Origin: Phoronis australis
Lineage: Eukaryota; Animalia; Phoronida
Length of the DNA stretch: 64,000 nucleotides
Assembly (NCBI GenBank): GCA_002633005.1
Contig: NMRA01000678.1
Location: 146,142-210,141 of the forward strand
Direction of reading: 5' to 3'
In this document: positions 35,678 to 50,600 of the stretch, in pieces
Position numbering within the stretch: the stretch's first letter is position 1
How the letters are laid out: each line of letters begins with the position of its first letter
Made by a program: the position numbers and the translations under genes
Notes under the pieces: generated by a model
What the model was told of the DNA's origin: nothing
Database searches by the model: none
The model's input: the letters and a program-made list of their open reading frames with translations, nothing else

Positions 35678-38600
35678 CTGAAAATAAAATAAACAACACT
35701 ACAATTATAAAAAATGACTGTGGTGTCAGGTGAAACATCAGTGGCATTCTATGACATGTTTTCAGCTTTGCCATAACTTGTTAAGTCAGTGCATTTTATG
35801 TAAGTACCACAACAAACTGTTGTATTCAGCTGACTTAATAAATAAATACTTCCATGGCCATCAATTCAAACTGTACAAAAGTCACAAGTGAACAAACCAT
35901 GTACTATCGATGCATCTAAACAGTCTACAAAAGCATGTGATGCCCTCCATCATTCAAGTACAAAACCCAGGGCCAATGCTAAAAAACTACGCATTTCAAA
36001 TTCCTTAGAAAACCCAAGGCATTACAAATTAAAACTAACAAGAACAAGCAATTATTAAAAGTATGTGCCAATTCATACACAGTATCATAATGCAGTACTT
36101 CTCTCATAATTATGTACTTCCCAAAACACTTAAAACCCTGAACAAACAACCATAAAGTGAAAGAAATGATTCTAGATTAAGAATTACGATGAGGATGCAA
36201 TATGGCTGCTATTGACTCTCTTCAAAATGTGTGGAGTTGTTGTGACTCACCACCTAATTGGTGAAATACGTATTAAAAAAGCTTGAGCTATTTAGCGAAT
36301 TCAGCGATCTGTAAAAGCTCGTATCTCGAATATTATTCACCCTAGAGAGATGACTTTTATCATAGTTTGTAACTCTGTCTCTAATAGTATATTCTAGTGT
36401 GTTAAAGCTTGCTTTTATCAAATTGGTTCAAAACAGAGTCCTCCAAAGGCAAATCACTGAAGACAAGTCTGTATCTATTTGCACACAAGGTGTAGCACCT
36501 CCAGAACAATCCCTTAAGATTTAGACACATTTCCAGGAGTTTTATGAGCTTCAACTAGTTACTATATGCAGAACATAAGTATGCAGTATACTTTTCCAAA
36601 ATTTGACATTTTCACACTTTTTGTTTAAGCTTTCTGAATAGTAATAATCAAAGTTTATTTATAATAATATATTTTATGTATCACCTTAAGTAAACAGTTT
36701 ACAGAGCTGCAAGGTTAATCAGCCAGGCCCATTGCACGAAACACCTTAAACAACTTTTTTGCTTAATAAACATTTTACATATAAGACCGAACTGAGGAGA
36801 TGAAGACCTGACTCAAGGGTCCTGCAGTGGGGTCCATGGGATTTCAGCCCACGATCATGAGAACAGGAGACACACTAGGCCACACTGCATCCTCTAGTTT
36901 ACTTTTTACTGAGAAAGCTTTTTAGTTAAAATGTTAGACCCTTTCTTTAATTGCTGTCTTTTAATTTGGCAGTTCATCCTGTTTTACTCGTTAAGATTTA
37001 ATCTCTGTAGTGTCAACTCTAAGAACATTACATCTCTGAAGGAGCACAAAGACTCAAAAATGCAACTTTCACATCATGTTTCTGTTAGTGTTTCCATTTT
37101 AGACTGAGGCTATCTACCACTAACTGGTCATTCATATAGTAAAGAGTAACTCATCCGTTTTACTCATGTCTACCAGGAGATGTTGTAACAAATTCTTCAC
37201 TTCTACTTTCAGAAAGCGAATTCTTGCAAACACCAAATTTTTCTGAACTAACCAGCCACATAAAAATGTAATAAAACCACCAACTGAAACGAATTCTCCA
37301 ACATCCCCATACACAAACACACAGCCCTTAAAGCTCACCTGAGGGATAGCAAAGCCCAGAACACATCCACCAAGAACATCCAAGTTGTCTTCCACCCAGA
37401 GTCTGAACTTCTCCGAGCATCCCTCCTCGAACATTTTCTCACCTTGTTCTTTCGTCAGTGACTGGAAATGAGGCAACGCTGCATTACTGCACACTGTCAA
37501 AATCATAGCAAACGTTGAGAGCTGTGAGAGAACAATATCTAATTCTGGTATGGAAGATGTGCCGTGTTGACAGGGACGAAATGCAATATATTCCATTCGT
37601 GGTTTATGAAAAACGTTTGAATATTGAAATGAATAACAGACGCAGTTTGATGACACTGACGGCTGTTAACATCATCACGAAAACACCACCAGTCCTTAGG
37701 TCCATACCAAGCAACAAGGCGCAATTCATCATGTAACAGCTAATTGGAAATACTACTAGCAACACTCTAAGTCACACCAAAGCGAATCTTCTGAGTAAAT
37801 CATCTTGCTCTCTATCAAACTTCGTCAGTTTCGAGTTTACACCATCAGATGACTTCACGGGGCTTACACTTAACTGCAACCTGCTCAGCCTTCTGTGATG
37901 CCAAGACCCTGTCGTGCTGCTTAGCATCGAATTTCAATGTTAAATTTTTACAAAGGAACCATGGAACCATTACAGCGTTCTGTCGTTCAGTAACTTTTCC
38001 AGACGTGAGGGGTGCTGAACGTGCGCTAACATCTGGCTCTTTTGTTAACTGCCCAGCTCAGTCTCTTGCCATGTATGATAACAAGCAGGAAAATTATCTC
38101 CCAGGCTTCAAAGGAAACGTATGGTGGTTGCACACTATTACTGAACGCATATGAACACAGTCAAACCCAGTGCGTTGGTAATCCGTTTGGACAGAATAGA
38201 TTGTCTTAACTTCTGTTGTAGTTGTGCGATTTTGGTGATTCAAAAACGGAACATGATGAGCATTTGACGAGGAATTCAGAAATGCTATTGGTTTAAGCTC
38301 AAATATGTTATAACTTAACTTTCATTTTTATCAGCCCAGTCCAGTTAGGCTAGATACGATCTGATCGGAGATAAGAGCAATTACCAAACAAAAGAGCGCA
38401 GGCCCTCCAACCATAAATGCCCGAATGGAGTTAATCAGTCGTGTAAGAATTAGCTACGGGGGTAAACTTCCCAACTTGTTGTTGGGCTATCATCGAATAA
38501 GTTGGGAGCAAGGGGATGTGGCCATCATGCCAATTGCCATGGAAGTGTGCTACACGCACAGTAAACGTAAGAAATGCTCTGCACCAGGGCTAATGTCAGT

Positions 38601-41600
38601 GAAGGAGACAGACCAACTTTACGGTCATGCTAGAGGATATACTGAAATGTAACGCCTAATGACAAACCGGCATTACAAAATTCTGCACCCTCAAATACCA
38701 TGCTTTGACGGGACAAAGAAGAACAACACTTGTCAAATGGTCAGATACAAAAAAATAAATAAAATAACCACCACAGAAGAAACCTCACTAAAATCTACCT
38801 GAAGAATATCCCAGCAATGGTCTGATATAACGTGCCCGAATTTTGAGAACCAGTTTTCTCCACAGAATAAACGGGAATCAAACTGGTTCTCAAATTACGG
38901 GCACGTTATATCAGACTATAGCTGAGCATCTCGCCATAACTCCAAATTTCAATTTACTAAGTGTGTGCAAGCAGGCAGGAAAAAACAACGAGAGTCAGTT
39001 ACAGGGGCTCCTCATTTTGAGAATCTGAATTTTCTCCACTGAATTACAAGCATCAAACTGGTTCTAAAACTCCGGGGCCCCTATAACAGACATCTGCAAC
39101 ACACCCGCCAATAGTACGACAATAATAGAATGCCCCGACACCAGAGGTTTTCAATTCAGTAAATTTGTCTCAAGATGAAGAAACATGGCCGTGTACCGTC
39201 TGCTTTAGAGCATCCCTCCCACAATCCTTTGTTGGGTCTTTACAACACGATTGTGGCACAGAACAGCTACTCGGTTCATCACTGTTCACTTTACACTCAT
39301 AATAAGGGTTCTCATTCCAGTCAAGGTAGCTATGAAATCCGCAGCACTCGAGCTGAAAAAAGAACAACACACATTAGATCACAGATTTACTTAATTATGA
39401 GTTAATTGCTATGCACAGACCAATACACATTTTTTCCGTATGCTGGCAAAAGAAAACAATGTGAACTTTCTGTACAACACGCATCTCGCTAAAAGTTCAA
39501 AGTATGTTATTTGATTTTTGGGAGATCAGACAGAAGATGGCGTTGTGATGACTATATTTCAGATTTACGCATCGTGGTCTTGAGGGAGATTCTGAAATTT
39601 GTAAATATGTAGATAGGTCTCATGAAGGGCTATCTAGAGGGCATTATCTGTCACATGGCTATGGCTTATCATCCTCCAGTTATTTAGATTTTCCAATGGC
39701 TTCTCTTGCTTTAACTGTTTAATATGACACATCTCCAGTGCCCCCCGACGGACCTTTCTGAAATTTGGTATGAGGATAGATCTCATCTAGCATTGCCCAC
39801 AACATCACATACGTTTCTCACTCTCATTTCCCGTTTTTGAGATTGCAACATTTACTGATCTTATGACTTCCTTTATTGACGGATTTCTCCCCGGTATTCT
39901 TGCTGTCAATCATCATAACTCCCGCTGCAGGTCATATTTTTGTCTGTCTTACACAGTCACGTGCAAGTTTTTTTGTGGCAAAATCGAAGGCAAGATGGTG
40001 CTGTAACGGCCAGTTTTCAAATAACCATTTGGTGCGCTCTAAATCAGTGTTACCCAGAGGGAATCCTCTGAACTTTAGTATGTGGACAGCTCTCGTCAGT
40101 GGCTGGCTGGCAATGTGTGTGCCAACTGTTTCACGTGACAGTTTCCCATTCTGAAGTCGTTAGGGACCAGACCGTTCAGCATTATCTTTTAGTTCGACAA
40201 TGCTTCTCTACATCAACCAGGAAAACCGATGTCACAGTCAGAGTCGGTTGATATGAGCACCTACCGGGCAATTATCCCCTTAGAAATGTCTTTGCGGCAA
40301 TAAAATATTGGCAGCAATTAATTGAGAAGTCATGGGTCGGACAGAAATTTTTTAACGTGTTTGATTTCTGAAATTGAATTCCTCATGAAATATACTGTAG
40401 AATCCATCTTCCGTGGAAGAAATGTGATAAAAATTGGCCGAAACCCAATGATGGGCTCTTCTTTGCTGAAAACAGTTTTGAGTTGATGCATGTTTACATT
40501 AATGAAATCATTCAGCGTGGTAGATTATTGGCGCTTGCCTTGTGACATCGGACAAAAGACTGAACCTAGTGATTAACAAAAGAAAGATTGACATCAGGCC
40601 TCAGAAAAGCGATACGATATGGACTAAACAGGAGTTAGTTGTAACGCTAACAATCGAGCCTTGTGGGCAGCTGAGCACAAAATCTTCACTTAATCATCTC
40701 TTCCTGGATAGTGTTTCTCAATTTATCACAACACTTATTTAACTCCTTCATGCCATCAATCATCTCAAGCAGTCATGTAACTGTTTAATTTCGCATGTTA
40801 GTCAACGTAACACAATTTTTTCGATACAGAAAATAAGACGAGACAGTACAGGCATGCCATCAATCTCATTGATCCTGAGAACAAATAGCCTCCAGTTTAA
40901 ATCTATATAAAAAGCAAAACACAATACAAGTTTTTAATGGAACCATAAAATGTCTCACATTTCCCTGTAGTGCATCCATGGCCTTTGTGATTTCATCTTT
41001 ATCGTTATAGCCTTTGATGGTTGACTGGAGGTTAGATGTGATCAATGCTGCCCCCTGAGTGAAAATATCACAAAAATGTTACAAATTAAAAGACATTTTC
41101 AATTTAAATTATTCATCAACAATAGCTCAACCTAACCTAAATCCAATCCTTATCTCAAAGACAAGTTGTGGCATGCTAAAGCCAATTTGCATTAAATTCA
41201 CCTGTCAAAAAATAAAAAGTATTCCTACCATGCACAACTCAAAATGGAGAGCCACACTGTGGCTTTTTGTGACATGCATTATATATCAATCTTTTGTTAA
41301 ATTCTTACCCCAGTGTCAAATTAAACACTTAAACAGAGGATAAAACTTCTGGCAATTCCAATCCACATAGGGGGCGTCCAACACTGTCCATTTCTAGAAT
41401 TTGGGACAAGCTACGACAACGTGCAAACTAATCCTTTTTCACTGAGTCCAAAATAAGAGAACTTTTACCGTAAGAACTACATCTAAGAACGGTAATTTGT
41501 TATCAACTCTAACTTCTTGAGAGAACTAATGACTCAGGCAGAGTTACTAATGCAAGTTTAAGTTTTTCCATCCAAGCAGCCTTGTGCAGACAATATGAAA

Positions 41601-44600
41601 ACATGTTGTCGACATGGCCTAGGTAGAGACTGGCTGGGGCTCATTCCAAGAAACTGACTAAGTTCATTTTTTACTTAATTACATCTAAGATTTGTCTCAA
41701 CTTCCAATCTTTGAAACTTTCATATCTGGTAAGTTAAGAGAAAGCCTAAGTCAAATTTAAGATCTCTTTCTTGAAACGAACTTAAGACAAATCTAAGTTT
41801 TATCTAAAAATTTACTGAAATTTAAGATTTGTCTTAGCTAAGTCAGTTTTCTTGAAATGGTCGCCTGGTTCAACAGTAAAATCAATCAAAACACTATTTC
41901 AATATTACACATATAATATTCAGCAATAGTCGGTTCGAATGCACTTCTCACAGAGATTCCCTCATTGTGAATATAAACACTTTTACAGTGACATGTCTGA
42001 AATATACATGAGCAGTGCTTAATACAAACACGGCCTTTAAAACATCTCTTGGAATTTTGGGAGGTGTTACACTAGGATTTCCAGAAATACATTTGATTAT
42101 GATATCAATTATTTCCATAACTAATACATATTAAGTAAATAACGATTCAACATGCAATGATATTGAGTCATACTTAAATCACTTGCATTATGCACAGAGC
42201 ATGCATTCACTGCTCTCTTGTCAACAAAGCTGAACTTCTTGACGGGATAAACACTACCAAATGAATGTAACTGATACTGTTAAAAGTCACTCACAGCAAT
42301 CAATGAACTCCCCTCAATCCGTGATATTAATGTGACATTACTCCCCGTATTATAAAAAACATTAACAAAACTAAGGGTTCTACACCAAAACATGACTCAA
42401 AGTGACTATAGATGGCGCTGCCCAGTGGTTTAATCAAACATTACTTTCACCACTTGCTGACAGTTTTGGAGAACGTCTGCTTCTGAACACTGGAAAAATC
42501 ATAAAATGAGAATGATAATTATAACCTGACCCAGTGTTTATGACTTCACTTACCTCTTCACGATATACAAATGCTAGGATGCCGACAACAATTTGGAGGA
42601 CGAATACCAGTATGATACCACCAAAGAACTGTAACAAAGTAGATAATCCACAATGACTGTTGAGCAATAAACATCAAAAGTAGCAGTCTACCATTTTGTT
42701 TTCTTAAACAAAGAGGTAAACCACCAGTGGTCAACCAGTAGACCAGACGCCTACAATTACTCATTACACATCCCAGTGTGCAAGAGGACACAAATTTACC
42801 ATAGCCTCACCCAAGAATAGTTACTATACAAACATTAACCCAAATCGTGAAGGTGATATCAGGGCCTAGGGTCCAATCTTTGAACACGAAATCAACCTAA
42901 AAGTTAATTTTGGCATTTTCCATTTCAATTTTGTGCCAACTCATGTATGATATCGTATTATATGTAGTTAAAGCAAACGGCGGTCTATAACGCCAAGTTT
43001 GCCATTGATGACCCCTAGATTCAAGCTACAAACAGGAGTAAAAACTCGAAATTTCGAGTTCAGACTCAAATGCTAGGGTATATCAAAAGCAAACCTGGAA
43101 AAGAGAGTCGTCCACTTCTAAACCATACTGGCACAGAATAATAGACACATATCTGGAGATCACATAAAAACAGAATGGAACCTGTCAATTTTGAGTTTGA
43201 GTTTGATTTAGAGTTCAAAGGTTAGATTACGGTCCAGGTTAATCGGGACCGACTCGTCAGAGGTCCATACGACCCGATTGGCCCGAGGTATCAGTCATGA
43301 CATAACCACTAATCCATCTTTCCTGACTTCTTTACACATGCTAAATTAAGCATGTTCATTTCCCAGCTTAATGATGATGCACTGGCATCGGCTGCTCATT
43401 TTTTTCAAGGATTTATGGTTTACTGTCCAGTGTCTGGTCAGGAGAAAGGGATACTAATCTGCATGATATCTGGGTGGCATGTGGCATTCCACAGTCTAGC
43501 CTAAAGTATCCTCCTAACAGAAGCCAATTGTATTGTGTTTTAGCCAGTGGGAGGAAAGATGTTTCAGTGGCCACTACATATAATACTGTTAATCACTGCC
43601 TTTGAATGATACATAAACAAACACAGACATAAATACCTAATAAACCATGCTTTGACTGGAGAACAGACTTCAAGTTTAAACAAAATCAACACAATAGCAG
43701 TGATGCTCAATAGAGTATTGAGAGTGCGAAAGTGACTTCCGCTTGATCCCATTAGATTTGGTGGACATAAATTCAACTACTAAATATTGGTTCATTAACC
43801 TAAAAACAGAAGAATCAATCCCAATGTCAGCCTCTCTCATCGTTTAATAAGGTTAAGTTCTATCCACCAAATATATTTAATAGCTTGTTAGCATCAGCTG
43901 GGATTGAAATTCTCCCGCTTTATCCGTCGCAGCTCTGACTTCGCAAGGCGTGGAATCTCAGTGGGAAATGTACGGTTTGCCTTTTTCTGTAATAAGCTAT
44001 TAGTACACCCAACTGAACAGCAGCAGTGACAGCAGGAAAGGCAAACACTGAAATCTCCCATGGGATCTGTAGGTGGTGTTGAACACCTGTCCACCAAAGA
44101 TCTGATCGTTGTCCAGCAGGATAGTTCATTTCAATAAGGTGTGACTATTTCAAAAGTTGGGTATTACTCACTTGTTCACATCTGTTAACAGTGAACTTAA
44201 TAATAAGGATCCGTACTTTAACTTCATTACACTATTAGTCAATTGACCTGGGAATCGAAGTATTTAATTTTCAAAGAAAAGTGGGGGAGTTTATGACAAA
44301 CAATATAGAAACACTGCTATCTTTCCAAACACAAGACTATAGTAACATACAGTAGGCTGTCAGGCTTCAGACGCTGGTCAGAAGCTCTGAGGGAGGGAGC
44401 TAATCACCCCACTCATGTGATTGGAAGAAGACACAAAATTCTGTCTTTTGCTCAGGAATCACACTGTAAAACATTATTTTGAGAAAAGTCATCGAATTGG
44501 GAAACTTGCACAACCACCAAAAGACAAAATGTTACCATGATGGTAAACATTATCTAATTAGGGACAATAAACATTTGCTTACTAAGGCTCAAGCTTATCC

Positions 44601-47600
44601 CAAGTTCAGTCTAGAAATAGGAAATATTGCCACCCAAATTCAAGAATCGCAGAAAGTCATAAAATTACCCACTCAGTAGACTGAAACTTTAGAAATGTGA
44701 TGGATGCCAAAATCGTCGTCGTCTCAAATTTCAGAATGAAGAAATTTCAATTTTTGCAGGAGTTTCCATGTCCTGAATTCTATAGACTTTCCCAAATTGG
44801 AGAATTTTTACCGCATGTGTCATGCCAAGAAACCAGTTAGACCTCAAACCAAGTAGACTGTATAGAGACTGCAAAGTCTGTATACATGCCTCTTAAACTT
44901 AACAGCTGCTGAGGGTTTATAGCAGCATGAGGAATGTGATCTCAACTGGTGACCCAGCCTACACCTCAAGAAGAAAAAATCATTGCAACAGGTGCATAGG
45001 CATGGCTGATGAACACAGGCAAAAAAGTGGATGAAGACATTGCAAGGCACATACCACGTCTAGCTATAAGAAAAACGGTCATTTTTGTTGTGGCTTTCAC
45101 TGCTGCAAAAACACTACTGAAAGTCGTTTTGGTTCATGGAACTTGGACAAATGCCAAAGCCATCAGTGTTCAACTGGGACTGAAAATTGCTATTCCAGAA
45201 GCAGCCATGTTGTTTTTAAATAGTTTACTCAAAGACTGAAGTCTGCAATAAACCGCAAAGGTGCCTATACGGCCTTTTTCACAAGCTATTTTAAGCACAC
45301 CAAATGACAGAATAATGAAATTCTTTGTCAAAATTTTCGACAAAATCAAACATTACGGAAATTTTAGTCTATCATAAGCACTAACTTTGCACTCTATGGC
45401 ACACAACAAAATTTCATTAAGTTTCCATTATTTACAACAAGTTCACCCATAAAACAATACAAATCACTTATATGGACCTGACTAGCAAGGAATGACGACT
45501 ACGGTAACATAACATTCTCATTTGAAGTCCACTATACTGAAAAGGTGTACTTAAAAATAGCCTCTAGGGCCACGAAGTGCAAACAAGTCACCCCAAAATT
45601 GGAAGGAAATCCTCTTAATATTAAAGGAAAATCTATCAGCTGAATTACACAAGTTAAGCATTGATCACGCAGTTTGATGATCAAGCAGTTTGATATACTG
45701 AGGACCTGAAAAATTGCAGTTGCCTCCACAAGTTGCAGCTGACAGGGTAAAGTGGTATCGCAGTCTGCCATCTTACTTGAAAGAGAAATATTAGTTCTAA
45801 ATTTCACAAAGATCAGAAAACCTGTATGCTAAAAACTGAAAGCACTCGGACAGAGCGACACTCGTGGCAAAATTGACTGAATAAGTCATGGCAGAAATGG
45901 TTCCCTTACCTTAATTACGATGCTCAGTCACTACTGACGGAGCAGATCATGACCTCGGAGACTATACTACATTGTCACTCAGAGCTGTCAACACCAACAG
46001 TGTCGACAACAACACTGACAACAACATCAGTGAAGCCAAGGAAGATCTCTCCAACAATGATGACAATGAGGCACCTACATCAGTTATGAAGCCACAACTA
46101 TTGACCACGTTGCCAACACGAAACCAACACCAAGACGAATTATTACAGAAAGATGTGTCATTACGGGCATTAATGGAGATAGAGCACAAAAAACCAATCA
46201 ATGAAAGATCAGTCGTTGGAAAATTTCGGACAACTCCTAGCGAGAAACAGACAGCACACACCAGATAGCCCTTGATGGATTCTATCGATCTCTAGTCCAT
46301 ACTACAAAGATTTCCTAAGTGAAAGGTTATTAAAAAAATCGCCATGACAGTGCCATCCTACGTTCGATTTAGCTAAAAAAATAGGACTAGAGCCTTTCAT
46401 GAGATACCCGTAAGTGTTGTGTGTAAATTTCACGTAGATCAGACTTGTAGTGTGTGTACAATAGAACCACAAAGAGCAGCTTGAAAAAGAGCTGTCACCC
46501 CATCAGTAAACCTCATATAACTCAAGAATGGTAAGTCCGAATGAGAAATGGACAGCACACCCAGATACTTAATGATATATTCACACAGTTACCACATTTC
46601 AGAAAGACCTTTCAAGAGCAGATGGGTCTTCAGGTAGACATGTGTTCCACAAACTGTGTTTGAATTTCGTGGAGCCTAATTCCATTGGCGCTGAATCATC
46701 AAAGTTGTCCAAATACAAAAAGGCGTCGTATCTCCAAATGGGAAAAAAATATTTTTGCCAAATGTCATGAAAATCCAACCAAGAAATCTGAAGATACAAA
46801 GGCAAATGTAAGAACTAAATTGCCACTAGGTGGCACATCAGTAGTCATCACAGACAATCAGTCTTTTGAATTTGATGGGCCCAGACTGGGGTTACCGAGA
46901 TAGCCAAAGTCTGTTTATTTGACCCCTGTTTAAAGCAAGCACAGCTTAACAAATGTCTCATGGTCCTGGGAAACAAGAAAATTGTTTTATTAGCCCACGT
47001 TGGTTTTTGATGACCAAGGTCTGATTGACACTGGAGATGCTGCAAGAGAAATTGATCAAAGAAAAAATGTTGAAGAACTCAATTTGTCATGAATAGCTTC
47101 TTCATCAACATCAGCTGGAAACCTTCTTTCAGCACATCTGAGGTAATCTATTAAATCCCACAGTCCTGGAGGTTTTTATCAGTTACTCCTGCAACTCTTT
47201 CCCATTCTATCCTAGGTACAGACGTAATGCCTCTTGGTACTTTGTGACATAACCAACAATGGTGAGAATATATCTGAGTTACCTCTGTCAGTGATTGATG
47301 GCACAGTACCAATCACATCAGCAGCAATACAAAGCCAAACTGATAAAAAATAAAATTGTCACTAGGGGGCACAGAGGTAGTCCGATCGGTCCAAAATTCG
47401 TTGTCATCTATCACCAGCTTCATCGGAACACGTCTGCCACATCTCATCAAGATCTTGCAAGGGGTGTAGGAGATGCAGCAGCAGACACTGGACGCCCAGA
47501 CAGGAATGATGACAAAATGCACCCACTTAATTAAAAAATTTGTGGGTGCATAAAAATGCGACTCGTTTAAACAAAAAGGCACTTCAGACTGTCCACTTCA

Positions 47601-50600
47601 TGAGAAGACAAGACATTGCTACTGAAGAGTTCATATCTCTATTTTAGAATTTCTGGATGTTGATATCACTAGTATATGAAAGTGGCAAATCTTCTGAACA
47701 ATTATCACAGACTATTGGCACAAAGTTAATGCAGATGGTATTGTGGAACAGCTTGAGCATTTGGTGGCAGATAGTAGGAAGGAAGTTGGTAGATATTGAG
47801 GCAGACGCAAGCATAGCCACATGGGGCATATCAGTTAGTGAGTATGATTTATCAAGCAGGATTCGGTAGGAAACACATCCAAACCTCAAAAAATGAACCA
47901 AAACACTAAAATTGTCAACTGGGAGTACTTAGTTACCCATACATAAACAGGGTGCGATGCCCTCCCTTAATTACAGCACTGACTGTGCCTCACCTGAATT
48001 CTTCTATCTTTGTATCTACCTTTTGTTAAATTTGTTGAAACTGCTTTGAAATGCTTACAGCTTTTCTGTTGTGTATTGTGCAAAAATCATGTTTGCTTAA
48101 GAATATTAATTTCAAATTATCGAAGTTTTAACCAAAATGCAAGAAATGTGCCCTTCATTTCCAAAATGTTTTATTTGAAGTAAGACTTCGAACACCTCAA
48201 TAGTAGGCTTGTGTTAGCCACCTACCATGTAGCCAACGGTAAATTCTGGACAGAGCTGGTATTGGTTGTTGAAATGACAGTCCCGAGATCGATAACTGGC
48301 AAAGGTAAGGGCATACGCCGCAGCAACACCTTGGATTTATCAACATTGCTAACTAAGAGAGACCATGCCGCGAATATCGACGAATTATTGTTTCAAACTT
48401 GTTATTATATAATTGTAATTATAAATTGTCATTTTACTTGTCTTCAAGCCCTGTGGAAGAGTTTGATGCATTTTGTTGGTCACAAAGGTAAGTTTTAATG
48501 AAAACAATTATCTGCGTTAGTGGGTCCCTCGATCGGCCAATTTCTTTGTATGGAGTATGCTGTTCGCCATGATAAGTTCAGAGTAAAATAACCTGGCTGT
48601 TGAACATAAACTTCGCTAAAATATTTAATTATTTGCTTCTAGAACAAACCTTTGGACAATGAGTCTGCTTTAGTGTGAAGTACTATAACTATAATGTATC
48701 TTATTTATGTTTGATTCTATGTCCATAGCTACGCATTAGAGCAGTGAATACAGAATGCACACAGTTCATACAAGCAGAAGGGTCACTGTTGCAGATTCGT
48801 TCATATAAAGTGTTGCCGCACACATTCTGCATTTGAAAAAAGCATAATTTCTGTAGTGACAAAGCTTTGTTCGATTAGTCTGATATGCCTTCGCAGAAAA
48901 TTGTTGGTCCTCTGATATGTTTTAAGTGTAGGCAACTGTAATCACTGCTATAACAGCTCACTGGTGAGTACGCTCTAAAGTCAACCACAGCCTATCATAG
49001 TATGCCACGCATCAAACTTATCCTTCGAAAGAACCATTCTCTTCTCGCAGTTTTAAGAACCAACTCTCGACGTGCGCACATCTGAAGCTGAAGTAACACT
49101 GGTGCTCTACACGTGACATTTTGTAGCGACCAATTTTTTCCAAATCTATACTTACAATTTTCAGTAGTATGTGATGGTGAAGGCAACATCCCATGATTCC
49201 TAGGAAGGCTACAATCAAGATGAAGGCACCGACGAGGATTAACACGACCGCCGGAGTGGACACAAAGTAGTTGACCTCATCGTACGCACTACGCAAGATC
49301 TCGGCCCACACCCCAACAGCAAGCAGAATGGCACCGATCAACTGCAGAACATAAAGAGAACGCGTTAGTAAACAAGCCACTTGTAATCAAATCGGATCAG
49401 AATGGCTAAGACACTTAAAGTTTCATGGAATACCTCTGCAAAAATGAATTACTTGTTAACACTGTTACAAAACAACTTTCATTATGTTCAATTTTAAGGA
49501 ATTGCAGTGAGCAATTTTGGCAATTATTTCTGTGCAGCTCACTATATCGAGCAAGTATCTACTGGATGCCTGCCACTTATCAGTCTGGTCAACTCATGCA
49601 AAGGCAATGAGGACTTGATTACATGGATCAATAACTGCTCTGTTTTGTTACGGCTTCTCTACAAAAAACACAGATGGACATCATCAACCAATTACTACAT
49701 TCAAAGGATAAAGGAGGCGTGTAACAGTTTACACAATCTCGCTTTTTGGCTCAAGCCGATAATAAGACCAATGCAATCACGCCAGGGAACCATTGACTAC
49801 CAACTTGTGAAGGAACTAAACTATTTTTCAACCAAAAGTTCACATGACGAAATTTCCTCTTATCGATAATCTGCAAAATTGCGAAGCAAAATTTGACAGC
49901 TAATTTCATATAATTTTGTGTTTCTTTCCGTTGTTCTGCTGGGTTTCCAGAGATGAAGCCAGGCAGATTTCAATGGAAACTAAACCGCAGTCCTGTGCTT
50001 TGCACACAATGAATAGTCCAGGTTCTTCACTGCCTGTGTACATCCAGTTTTCTGATTTTCTATACGAGACAATAACCATCTTCCTGCTCTAGTTAACATT
50101 TACTCAACCACCCACTTCGAAAACTCCCAAATTTTCACTTTTAAGTGCTCATGATTCCCACCCCAAGTTCATACTACATGTATGAGACTGTGTCGTATTA
50201 GTATTTTAGTTCCCAAAAAGTACGTACCTCTTTTAATTTTGAGTAGATCAGTCAATTTTAAGGTACAACACTTTAGAGAACCAGCGAATGAGACATGAAA
50301 TGGTCCTCTTCGGGCTCCATGCGTACTCTATCATTATCATTTGTGCTCCTGAACAAAAGCAAATTGTTATGAGCGGCATACTGCCAGCTCCAATTGCCAA
50401 CGCATATCAGACGATATGCACACTGCTTGAAAAGCAGAGTCACCCTAAGAGAACAATAGTGCATGATCTCTACACATAGGATGGTAAGAACTTAACTTTT
50501 GTCTTATTTGATTCTTGCACATAAAGTCTGATGTTAATCTTATGTACCCTGGACATTGAGGATTGAACATTCATGTTCGTGCCCACTCTTGCCTTCTCAA

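Noticed and set aside
37132-37338. ORF continuation beyond tetraspanin exon 6
   Set aside because: Read-through into the intron; the CAG|GTGAGC donor and exon 7 complete TM4 properly.
45972-46268. 98-aa Asn/Asp-rich ORF
   Set aside because: Explained by low-complexity AAC/GAC sequence inside an intron.
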